Of a stretch of DNA of 13,379 nucleotides, positions 1-6,753 are shown piece after piece (the stretch's first letter is position 1; each line of letters opens with the position of its first letter). Below the pieces are notes generated by a model, which saw only the letters and a list, made by a program, of their open reading frames with translations, did not search any database and was not told the origin of the DNA. Position numbers and translations under genes: made by a program. This stretch comes from Candidatus Hadarchaeales archaeon (lineage in GTDB: Archaea; Hadarchaeota; Hadarchaeia; Hadarchaeales; WYZ-LMO6): positions 1 through 13,379 of the forward strand of contig JAWCKR010000024.1 of NCBI GenBank assembly GCA_038851755.1, read 5' to 3'.

Positions 1-1
1 G

Positions 2-211
2 GCTCTGGAGATAGCCAGGCAGATCTGCGAGTACCCGCAGGGCTCCATCCGGGCCGACAAGAAGGCGGCTATGCTGGGGCTGGGAAGGCCGCTGGAGGAG
101 GGACTGCGCCTGGAGAAGGAGGTGGGCGAAAAGGTGCTGGGCACCCACGACTTTCTGGAGGGGGTAAGGGCCTTCGTGGAAAAAAGAAAACCCTCCTTCG
201 ACCACCGCTGA
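2..211 (+). CDS. Enoyl-CoA hydratase/isomerase (crotonase) family, C-terminal fragment (5' end outside window)
   Basis: Not in the ORF track. Frame 2 reads ALEIARQICEYPQGSIRADKKAAMLGLGRPLEEGLRLEKEVGEKVLGTHDFLEGVRAFVEKRKPSFDHR, with stop TGA at 209-211. DFxEGVRAFxEKRKPxF is the typical crotonase C-terminus. Confidence 0.9.
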   Translation, partial: ALEIARQICEYPQGSIRADKKAAMLGLGRPLEEGLRLEKEVGEKVLGTHDFLEGVRAFVEKRKPSFDHR

Positions 212-236
212 GCGACCGAAGGAGGCACTCGGGAGA

Positions 237-446
237 CTACTCGGTCTTGGTTTGTGGCGCGTACTTTCTGGCCAGGCGACCGGTCACGAGCATTACCACC
301 AATCCCGCCACCAGCAATCCCGCTCCATAGGAGAGGGGCCAACCCGAGGCCTCAGCCTGGTAGATGGCCACCAGAGCCCCCAGGAGGAGGATTACCGCCA
401 GCAGGAGGGCCGCCATGATCGGCCCTGGCGCCCTTCTCCTCTCCAT
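237..446 (-). CDS. Small hypothetical membrane protein (2 TM helices)
   Basis: Two long hydrophobic stretches (IMAALLLAVILLLGALVAIY; YGAGLLVAGLVVMLVTG) with basic flanks. ATG at 446 is preceded by AAGGTG (SD-like). The alternative start is GTG at 455. Confidence 0.7.
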   Translation of the reverse strand: MERRRAPGPIMAALLLAVILLLGALVAIYQAEASGWPLSYGAGLLVAGLVVMLVTGRLARKYAPQTKTE

Positions 447-478
447 TTTTTGCACCTTTTCTCTCTACCGATAACCCC

Positions 479-487
479 TTAAAAAAG
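479..487 (-). promoter_or_regulatory. T-tract/TATA-like element (CTTTTTTAA): probable promoter of the membrane protein gene and/or oligo-U terminator of the tautomerase
   Basis: AT-rich element in the 456-507 gap, about 20 nt after the tautomerase stop and about 25-35 nt before the next start. Confidence 0.45.
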
Positions 488-507
488 GCTTCGACACCGA
501 AACGAGG

Positions 508-711
508 TCAGCGGCTGCCCTGGTTCTTGAGCCTCCTGGAGAGCGGTTCTCCCCCCACCCCTATGTTGTCGAGCTCGTTCTCCTTGATGAAAACGGTGAA
601 GGCCTCCCTGGGAAGTCCCGTGACCCTTTGGGCCAGGTCGGTGAAACCCCTTATCAGTTCCTCCTTCTGCTCCTTCGTCAGCTTCCTCCCCTCGAACACT
701 ATGACGGGCAT
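508..711 (-). CDS. 4-oxalocrotonate tautomerase family protein (DmpI-like)
   Basis: 67 aa with the catalytic Pro immediately after Met (MPVIVFEG), followed by LTKEQKEELI...TVFIKEN..DNIGVGG. GGAGG SD upstream. Confidence 0.92.
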   Translation of the reverse strand: MPVIVFEGRKLTKEQKEELIRGFTDLAQRVTGLPREAFTVFIKENELDNIGVGGEPLSRRLKNQGSR

Positions 712-753
712 CCTTTTCCTCCGGCTTCCGGGGAATTAAGTTTTGGGGACAGG

Positions 754-763
754 GATAAAAGCT
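754..763. promoter_or_regulatory. TATA-like element in the divergent tautomerase / flavin reductase gap
   Basis: GATAAAAGCT (minus strand AGCTTTTATC) lies about 25 nt before ATG 784 and about 45 nt before the tautomerase start. Confidence 0.4.
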
Positions 764-783
764 CTCCCCACCCACCCACTCCG

Positions 784-1347
784 ATGAGGGAAGTTTCAAG
801 GGACCTGATCTACAGGCTCCTTCACCCCAGGCAGGTGGTGCTGGTCACCTGCGCGGATGAAAGAGGGAAGCCCAACCTCCTCACCGTGGCCTGGAGCACC
901 CCTCTCTCCTTTGACCCTCCCCTGGTCGGGGTTTCCATAGGGAAGAACCGGTACTCGCACGGGCTCATCTCCCGGACGAAGGAGTTCGCCATAAGCGTGC
1001 CTCCTTCCTCCCTCCTGGAGAAAGTGAAGGGTTGCGGGAAGCTCTCGGGGAGGGAGTGCGACAAGTTCGGGGAGGTGGGGCTCACCCCCCAGCCCTCCCG
1101 CCGCCTGAGGGCCCCGGTGGTGAGGGAGGGAATAGCACACTTGGAATGCAGGGTGGTGAAGGAGGTGGAGGTGGGAGACCACACCCTCTTCGTGGGGGAG
1201 GTGGTGGAGGCCTATGCCGACGAGAGGTGCTTCGACGGTGAGAAGTTCGACCCGGAGAAGGTGGGCCTGATCTACCACCTGGGGGGAACACACTTCCTCT
1301 TCCTGGGGAAAAGTGAGACAAGTTTAAAAACCTTTAAAAAGAAGTAA
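784..1347 (+). CDS. Flavin reductase-like FMN-binding protein (flavoredoxin / DIM6-NTAB family)
   Basis: Motifs LLHPRQVVLVT, PNLLTVAW, PPLVGVSI, SGRECDKF, AHLECRV and GDHTLFVGEV. ATG 784 is chosen because the upstream extension to 628 overlaps the tautomerase gene. Confidence 0.92.
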   Translation: MREVSRDLIYRLLHPRQVVLVTCADERGKPNLLTVAWSTPLSFDPPLVGVSIGKNRYSHGLISRTKEFAISVPPSSLLEKVKGCGKLSGRECDKFGEVGLTPQPSRRLRAPVVREGIAHLECRVVKEVEVGDHTLFVGEVVEAYADERCFDGEKFDPEKVGLIYHLGGTHFLFLGKSETSLKTFKKK

Positions 1348-1351
1348 AGGC

Positions 1352-1762
1352 GTGAAGAGGCCCATCACCCTCGAGGAAATCTCCCGCAATCCCGCCATGC
1401 TGCTGGCCATAGCTGGACTTCTTCTGCTGATAGGCTCGCTGGGCAGCTGGTACTCCATCTCCTACGGCCCCATCTCCCACAGCTTCAGCGGCTGGGACGT
1501 GGGCATGGGGAAGATCACCTTCTTCATCTCTCTGATCTTCCTGGCCTCAGCGGCCTTGCACCTCGGGTACATCCACCACCCCCTCCTCGAAAGGCTCTTC
1601 CCCCTCTTCTCCACCTCGGCCGTGTGCGGCTTCCTGGCACTGGTGGCCTGCCTGGTGGTCTTCGATGAGGGCTCCCACTTCTCCTGGGGGCTCTACCTCA
1701 GCACCATAGCCTCTCTAATCTCACTCTTTGCTGCCTACAGGAGCCTTAAATCAGGGATGTGA
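1352..1762 (+). CDS. Hypothetical integral membrane protein (about 4 TM helices)
   Basis: Four hydrophobic segments with a GSLGSW...SGW...WGLYL pattern. GTG start 4 nt after the previous stop. TTTAAAAA occurs twice just upstream (1323-1340). Confidence 0.8.
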   Translation: MKRPITLEEISRNPAMLLAIAGLLLLIGSLGSWYSISYGPISHSFSGWDVGMGKITFFISLIFLASAALHLGYIHHPLLERLFPLFSTSAVCGFLALVACLVVFDEGSHFSWGLYLSTIASLISLFAAYRSLKSGM

Positions 1763-1764
1763 GG

Positions 1765-1956
1765 ATGGCCAGCTGCGCGGTCTGCGGGAGACCGATTAGC
1801 GAAAGTGGAGTGAAGTGCAGCGGTTGCGGAGCCAACCTCCACCGGGAGTGCGCCAAGAAGCTCCTGGGGAAGTTCTACTGCAGGGGGTGTCTCAGGGAGG
1901 GAAAGAAGCAGGCTAGATACGAGAGGATGCGCCAGTGGGGCACACCTGGCAGATAG
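1765..1956 (+). CDS. Small zinc-finger protein, C4HC3 (PHD / RING-CH-like spacing)
   Basis: CAVC-x10-CSGC-x4-HREC-x9-CRGC. Start is ATG 1765, or GTG 1759 overlapping the upstream TGA. Confidence 0.8.
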   Translation: MASCAVCGRPISESGVKCSGCGANLHRECAKKLLGKFYCRGCLREGKKQARYERMRQWGTPGR

Positions 1957-1964
1957 ATAATAAA
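1957..1964 (+). promoter_or_regulatory. Putative TATA box for tRNA-Leu
   Basis: ATAATAAA lies about 25-30 nt upstream of the mature tRNA 5' end. Confidence 0.5.
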
Positions 1965-1988
1965 CCGGGGGCATCCATCTTTTCCTGG

Positions 1989-2073
1989 GCAGGGGTATCC
2001 AAGCCTGGTCTAAGGAGCGGGGCTTAGGACCCCGTGGCGAAGGCCTTCGTGGGTTCAAATCCCACCCCCTGCA
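1989..2073 (+). tRNA. tRNA-Leu, anticodon UAG, intronless, long variable arm
   Basis: Acceptor stem GCAGGGG/CCCCTGC with discriminator A2073. D arm TCC-AAGCCTGGTCTAA-GGA. Anticodon arm CGGGG-CTTAGGA-CCCCG (TAG at 2025-2027). Variable arm GGC-GAAG-GCC. T arm GTGGG-TTCAAAT-CCCAC. It is followed by CCT, so CCA is not fully encoded. Confidence 0.97.
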
Positions 2074-2085
2074 CCTGGTGATTGG

Positions 2086-2961
2086 ATGAGGTCCAAGTTC
2101 AGGGGATGCCTGCTGGGATGTGCCGTGGGGGATGCCCTGGGCTGCTCCTGGGGGGAGTTCTCCGGGCGCTGGACGGACGACACCCACATGATGATGGGCC
2201 TGGCCGAGTCCCTGGTGGAGAGAAAAGGTTTCGACGGGGAGCACGTCATGCGCACCTTCATCAAAAACTACGAGCAGGAACCCTGGAGGGGCTACGCCTC
2301 CGGTCCCCCCACCATCTTCTCCATGGTCAGGAGGGGAGTGCCCTGGAACGAGGCCTCCAGAAGGCTCTTCGGCGGTATGGGGTCCTTCGGAAACGGGGCT
2401 GCCATGAGGGTGGCACCCGTGGGACTCCTCTACCACGACGACCCGGGGAGACTCAGGGAGGTGGCGGAGCAGCAGGCCCTCCTCACCCACTCCCACGAGC
2501 TGGGGAGGGAGGGGGCGGTCCTGCAGGCCAGGGCCGTCTCCCTAGCCCTCACCGCCAGACCCCCTTCCCTCTTCGACCCCTGCGACTTCCTGGAGGAACT
2601 GCGGAACTTCACGGCCCATCCCGTCTACAGGGAAAAGCTGGGGAAAGTGAAGAGACTGGTGGAGGGAGGAAAACCGGAAGAGGTGGTGAGGGAGCTGGGC
2701 AACGGCGTGGAGGCCCACCGCTCCGTCCCCACCGCCATCTGTTCCTTCCTCCTGAACTTCCGCTCCTTCAGGGCCTCCCTCCTCTACGCCACGGGACTGG
2801 GGGGAGACAGGGACACCATAGGGGCCATGACGGGAGCGCTGAGCGGGGCCTACCACGGAGAGGAGGGTATACCAGAGGAATGGAGGGAAAAGGTGGAGGG
2901 GAGGGAAAGACTGGAGAAGCTGGCGGATGAGTTGTGGGGAATGAAGCTCCTGGGAATCTAA
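2086..2961 (+). CDS. ADP-ribosylglycohydrolase (DraG/ARH family)
   Basis: Metal-binding motifs GCAVGDALG, WTDDT, GNGAAMRVAP, LTHSH and GGDRDTIGAMTGALSGA. SD GGTGA at 2077-2081. Confidence 0.95.
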   Translation: MRSKFRGCLLGCAVGDALGCSWGEFSGRWTDDTHMMMGLAESLVERKGFDGEHVMRTFIKNYEQEPWRGYASGPPTIFSMVRRGVPWNEASRRLFGGMGSFGNGAAMRVAPVGLLYHDDPGRLREVAEQQALLTHSHELGREGAVLQARAVSLALTARPPSLFDPCDFLEELRNFTAHPVYREKLGKVKRLVEGGKPEEVVRELGNGVEAHRSVPTAICSFLLNFRSFRASLLYATGLGGDRDTIGAMTGALSGAYHGEEGIPEEWREKVEGRERLEKLADELWGMKLLGI

Positions 2962-2993
2962 TCTTTTACCCCCTCGCCTCCCAGAAGGAAAAG

Positions 2994-4181
2994 ATGGAGC
3001 CCCCCTTCACCGAGGAACAGGAGATCTACCGAAAATCGGTGAGGGAGTTCCTGACCAGGACGGTGGAGCCCAGGAGCAAGGAGATCTTCGGGAAGAGAAG
3101 GATTCCCGGGGAACTGTGGAGGTCCCTGGCCGACTTCGGGCTCACGGGTCTCCTCCTTCCCGCCGAGTACGGCGGCTCGGGCTCCGACTTCACTTCCTTC
3201 CTCATCGCCGTCGAGGAGCTCTCCAGGGCGGACAGGAGCGGGTTCCTCACCGTGTGCGTGCTCCTCTCCAACACCGAGGGGCTCATCGTGGCCGAGCACG
3301 GAAAGGAGGAGCTGAAGGAGGCCCTGCTTCCCTCCATAGCGAAGGGGAAGGCGGTGCTGGGGCTGGCCTCCACCGAGCCGGGATGCGGGACCGACTTCAC
3401 CGCGGTCCAGACCAGGATAAGGAGGGAGGGAGGGGGATATGTGGTCACGGGGGAGAAGCAGTGCATAAGCCTGGTGGCGGAGGCGAAGGACCTGGGTGGG
3501 GGGCACCTGGTCACGGGCAAGACCTCACCGGAGCTGGGTCCCAGGGGAATGGGCCTGGTCTACGTCCCCATCGCGGAGAAGGGAGTGGAGAGCTCGGAGC
3601 TGGACACGCTCGGACCCTCGCTCGGCAGGATCAGGTACGAGGAGGTGAGGGTCCCCCTCCATCACCTGGTGGGTGAGGAGAACCGGGGGGTGTACCTCAT
3701 CCAGGAGGGCTTCGTGATCACCAGGGTGGCGGTGGCCATGAGCCTGGTGGGGCCCACCCTCAGGCTCCTGGAAGAGGGCGCGGAGTATTTGAAGCAGAGA
3801 ACCTCCTTCGGGAGGCCCCTGGCGAAGTTCCAGGGGGTGCAGTTCCAGCTGGCGGAGCACCGTGCGAGGGTAGACGCTGCACGCCTCCTCACCTACAGGG
3901 CCGGGGAGATGGTGGAGCGCCTGAGGAGGGGTGAGGGGGATCCCTCCAAGGCGGCGCTGGCTGCCTCAGAGGCCAAGCTCCTGGCCTCGGTGGACTGCCT
4001 GAGGGCGGCGACGGATGCGACCATGTGGTACGGAGCCATGGGCCTCACCACCGAACTCGATGCGCACCTCGCCCTGCGCTCGGTGCTGGGGGCCTGCATA
4101 GCGGAGGGGACCGTGGAGGCTCAGAAGATAGCCATCGGAAGGGTGCTGCTGGGAAGGGAGTTCTCCTCCGTGAGGGAGTGA
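2994..4181 (+). CDS. Acyl-CoA dehydrogenase
   Basis: Motifs FTEEQE, LPAEYGG, STEPGCGTD, GEKQCIS, GEENRG, RTSFGRPLAKFQGVQFQLA and IAEGTVE (catalytic Glu position). ATG 2994 is preferred, with TATA-like CTTTTA at 2963-2968. Confidence 0.95.
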   Translation: MEPPFTEEQEIYRKSVREFLTRTVEPRSKEIFGKRRIPGELWRSLADFGLTGLLLPAEYGGSGSDFTSFLIAVEELSRADRSGFLTVCVLLSNTEGLIVAEHGKEELKEALLPSIAKGKAVLGLASTEPGCGTDFTAVQTRIRREGGGYVVTGEKQCISLVAEAKDLGGGHLVTGKTSPELGPRGMGLVYVPIAEKGVESSELDTLGPSLGRIRYEEVRVPLHHLVGEENRGVYLIQEGFVITRVAVAMSLVGPTLRLLEEGAEYLKQRTSFGRPLAKFQGVQFQLAEHRARVDAARLLTYRAGEMVERLRRGEGDPSKAALAASEAKLLASVDCLRAATDATMWYGAMGLTTELDAHLALRSVLGACIAEGTVEAQKIAIGRVLLGREFSSVRE

Positions 4182-4208
4182 GCTCCTTAAACTCGAAGGG
4201 AGAGGAGT

Positions 4209-5009
4209 ATGATGCCCTCCGGGATCGAGGTGGGGGTGATAGGAGGAACAGGCTTCTACCAGCTGGGGCTCTCGGAGGGGAGATGGAGGAGGGTGAGAAC
4301 CCCCTACGGAACGGTGGAAACGCTGGTGGGAGGGCTGGGCCCCAAGCGTGTGGCCTTCCTGCCCAGGCACGGAAGAAGGCATGAGGCCCCTCCCCACAGG
4401 GTCAACTACCGGGCCAACCTCTGGGCCCTCCACTCCCTGGGGGTGAGGAGGATCCTCGCCGTCTCCGCCTGCGGCTCCCTGAACCCGAGGATGAAGCCTG
4501 GGGAACTGGTGCTGCTGGACCAGTTCCTCGACTTCACCAAGAGCAGGACCTCCACCTTCCACGAGGGGGGAAAAGAGGGCGTGGTGCACGTGGACCTCAC
4601 CGAGCCCTACTGCCCCGAACTCCGTGCGGCTCTCAGGGGGGCTGCAAAGGAGGAGGGCATCAGGCTCCATCCCAGGGGAACCTACGCGTGCACGGAGGGG
4701 CCTAGGTTCGAGACCGCCGCCGAGATAAGGGCCTTCCGCAAGCTGGGGGCGGACCTGGTGGGCATGACCAACGTGCCCGAGTGCGTGCTCGCCAGGGAGC
4801 TGGAGATGTGCTACGCAGCGGTGGGACTGGTGACCAACTTCGCGGCCGGGCTGGCGGGGACCAAGCTCACCCACACGGAAGTGGCGGAGAGAATGGAGAG
4901 GGGACTTGAGACCATAGGGAGGCTCTTCCGTTCCTCCCTCCCGAGGATCCCTGCGGAGAGATCCTGTCCCTGCTCCAGGGCCCTCGAGGGAGCCGTGGTG
5001 AGGGTCTGA
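4209..5009 (+). CDS. mtnP: MTAP-family nucleoside phosphorylase, probably the 6-oxopurine / methylthioinosine-preferring subtype
   Basis: Motifs GVIGGTG, TPYG, FLPRHG..H..PPH.VNYRAN, GPRFETAAE, GMTNVPE, VTNFAAG and a C-terminal CPC. SD GAGGAG at 4202-4207. Start is 4209 or 4212. Confidence 0.93.
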   Translation: MMPSGIEVGVIGGTGFYQLGLSEGRWRRVRTPYGTVETLVGGLGPKRVAFLPRHGRRHEAPPHRVNYRANLWALHSLGVRRILAVSACGSLNPRMKPGELVLLDQFLDFTKSRTSTFHEGGKEGVVHVDLTEPYCPELRAALRGAAKEEGIRLHPRGTYACTEGPRFETAAEIRAFRKLGADLVGMTNVPECVLARELEMCYAAVGLVTNFAAGLAGTKLTHTEVAERMERGLETIGRLFRSSLPRIPAERSCPCSRALEGAVVRV

Positions 5010-5258
5010 TCACTCCTCGAACATTTCCTCGTAGAACTCTATGGGCTCCAGCTCGTACTCCTGCTCGAACTTCTTTTTCTTTTTCTTCGACTCGGTGATG
5101 ACCGGGATTTCCTTGAGCTCCACGCCCTTCTCCCTTATCTTGTAGCTCTCCCTGCTCCTGGCCTTCACCTTGTACCCGCACCTCTTGCACACGAGCCTGG
5201 TGAGCCCCTTGACCTTTTCAGGGTAGAGGATGTTACCGCACTTGGGACAGAACTCCAT
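5010..5258 (-). CDS. TFS / RNA polymerase subunit M paralogue with only the N-terminal zinc ribbon
   Basis: MEFCPKCGNILYP...LVCKRCGY, then a linker, a Lys6 run and an acidic tail. There is no second CxxC pair and no RSADE motif. Confidence 0.85.
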   Translation of the reverse strand: MEFCPKCGNILYPEKVKGLTRLVCKRCGYKVKARSRESYKIREKGVELKEIPVITESKKKKKKFEQEYELEPIEFYEEMFEE

Positions 5259-5290
5259 TTTCTCGCTGAGGTTTTTTAGAGAGGGGGGGG

Positions 5291-5298
5291 TTTATAAA
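5291..5298 (-). promoter_or_regulatory. TATA box for the TFS paralogue
   Basis: Consensus TTTATAAA 33-40 nt upstream of ATG 5258, in an otherwise GC-rich context. Confidence 0.7.
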
Positions 5299-5313
5299 GG
5301 TATCGTTTTGGTC

Positions 5314-6723
5314 TCAACTCCCGTGGAAAGGGAAGGCCTCCTCTCCGTACCTCAGGAAGATCCTGTGGAGGTGGTAGAGGGCCCTCGCCGCTCTCCTCAC
5401 CGACTCGTAGACGGGCAGACCGTACTCCCTGAAGATCCTCCGGACCCTGTAGGCGAACCCCCAGTCGAGCTCGGGTGGGTTCGAGATAAGCAAAGGTTTT
5501 CCGAACCTGAGCTGAAGCTCCCTGCACTTCTCCGCCAGCCCTTTCAGGTACTCCTCCGTCATCACCAGGTCGCGGTAGTAGGCCCCCATCTGCACCTCCA
5601 GGATCATGCAGTGGATGCTGTCATCGGAGAGGGCCGTCTCCAGCACCGCGGGGAGGGCACCTGAGACGAAGGCCGGCCAGACGTCGAGCGGGTTCTTCAG
5701 GCTCGTGCCGGCGGTGGGCAGCATGCCCCGAAGCTTCTGCAGGGTCTCCTCTCCGAAGGTGGGGACCTGCAGACCCATCTCCACGCAGGCATCGGTCTCC
5801 ACCACGCTCACCCCTCCCGAGACCGAGGCCATGGAGACCCCCCTTCCCCTCGGAGGGGGACAGAGGAGGAAGGCCCGGGCCGCATCCATCATTTCCTCGA
5901 AGCTCCCCACGGGAATCAGACCTGCCTGCCTGAACACGGCCTCCCAGATCCGCTGGGATCCGGCCAGGGAGCCGGTGTGGGAGGAGGCCGCCCTGGCACC
6001 CTCCGGGGTCATGCCCCCCTTCAGCATGAGAACGGGCTTCCTGGAGGCCGCCTCCTTCAGGGCCTGGAAGAGCTCCCTTCCCCTTCTCGTTCCCTCCACG
6101 TAGACCAGCAGCAGCCTGGTCTTTGGATCCTCGCCCAGGTAGCGCACGAAGTCGGGCGCATCCAGGTCCGCTGCGTTGCCGTAGCTCACCACCTTGCTGA
6201 ACCTCACCTCACCGAGTTCCCCCGCGGAGGTGGAGTAGATGGCGAAGGTGCCGCTCTGGGAGACGAACCCCACCGGTCCGCTCTCGTGGGGCTGGCCGTT
6301 GATGAAGAAGAGGCCGGACTCCGGGCAGTACACGCCCATCCCGTTGGGACCTATTATCCTGAGTTTCCCCTTCGCCAGCTCCACGATCTCCCTCTCCAGC
6401 CTGGCCCCTTCCTCCCCGATCTCGCTGAAACCCGAGGAGTAGATGTGGACCGCCTTCACTCCTTTCTTCACGCAGTCCCTTATCACGTCAGGGACCACCC
6501 TGGCCGGCGTCCCCACGATCACGTAGTCAACGGGGGAGGGGATGTCGAGCAGACTGGGATAGCACTTCTTCCCCAGGAACTCCTGGTACCTGGGGTTCAC
6601 AAGGAAGAGCCTGTCGCCCAGTTTCCCTTCTGAGATGGTGGAGATGTATCCCAGCGTCTCCGCCGAGGCCCCCACCACGGCCACGGACCTCGGGTGAAAA
6701 ATTTCTTCCAGCTCCGCCGGCAC
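5314..6723 (-). CDS. NDP-forming acyl-CoA synthetase (acetate--CoA ligase, ACD) alpha-subunit family
   Basis: Motifs FHPRSVAVVGAS, SSGFSE, RIIGPNGMG, FVSQSG, SYGNAADL, the phospho-His loop AASSHTGSLAG and NPLD. No fused ATP-grasp (beta) domain. Confidence 0.93.
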   Translation of the reverse strand: MPAELEEIFHPRSVAVVGASAETLGYISTISEGKLGDRLFLVNPRYQEFLGKKCYPSLLDIPSPVDYVIVGTPARVVPDVIRDCVKKGVKAVHIYSSGFSEIGEEGARLEREIVELAKGKLRIIGPNGMGVYCPESGLFFINGQPHESGPVGFVSQSGTFAIYSTSAGELGEVRFSKVVSYGNAADLDAPDFVRYLGEDPKTRLLLVYVEGTRRGRELFQALKEAASRKPVLMLKGGMTPEGARAASSHTGSLAGSQRIWEAVFRQAGLIPVGSFEEMMDAARAFLLCPPPRGRGVSMASVSGGVSVVETDACVEMGLQVPTFGEETLQKLRGMLPTAGTSLKNPLDVWPAFVSGALPAVLETALSDDSIHCMILEVQMGAYYRDLVMTEEYLKGLAEKCRELQLRFGKPLLISNPPELDWGFAYRVRRIFREYGLPVYESVRRAARALYHLHRIFLRYGEEAFPFHGS

Positions 6724-6743
6724 TTTTCTTTTACGTCGCTGCC

Positions 6744-6751
6744 TTAATAAA
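6744..6751 (-). promoter_or_regulatory. TATA box for the ACD alpha gene (probably leaderless)
   Basis: TTTATTAA on the minus strand, 21-28 nt upstream of GTG 6723. Confidence 0.6.
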
Positions 6752-6753
6752 GC

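Noticed and set aside
628-783. N-terminal extension of the flavin reductase ORF
   Set aside because: It overlaps the tautomerase gene and its promoter, and family similarity begins at Met 784.
1989-2073. tRNA-Leu as the integration site of an island, or as a dedicated target of the AbiEii-like toxin
   Set aside because: No duplicated tRNA-Leu 3' end or integrase was seen, and core genes separate the tRNA from the TA pair by about 9 kb.
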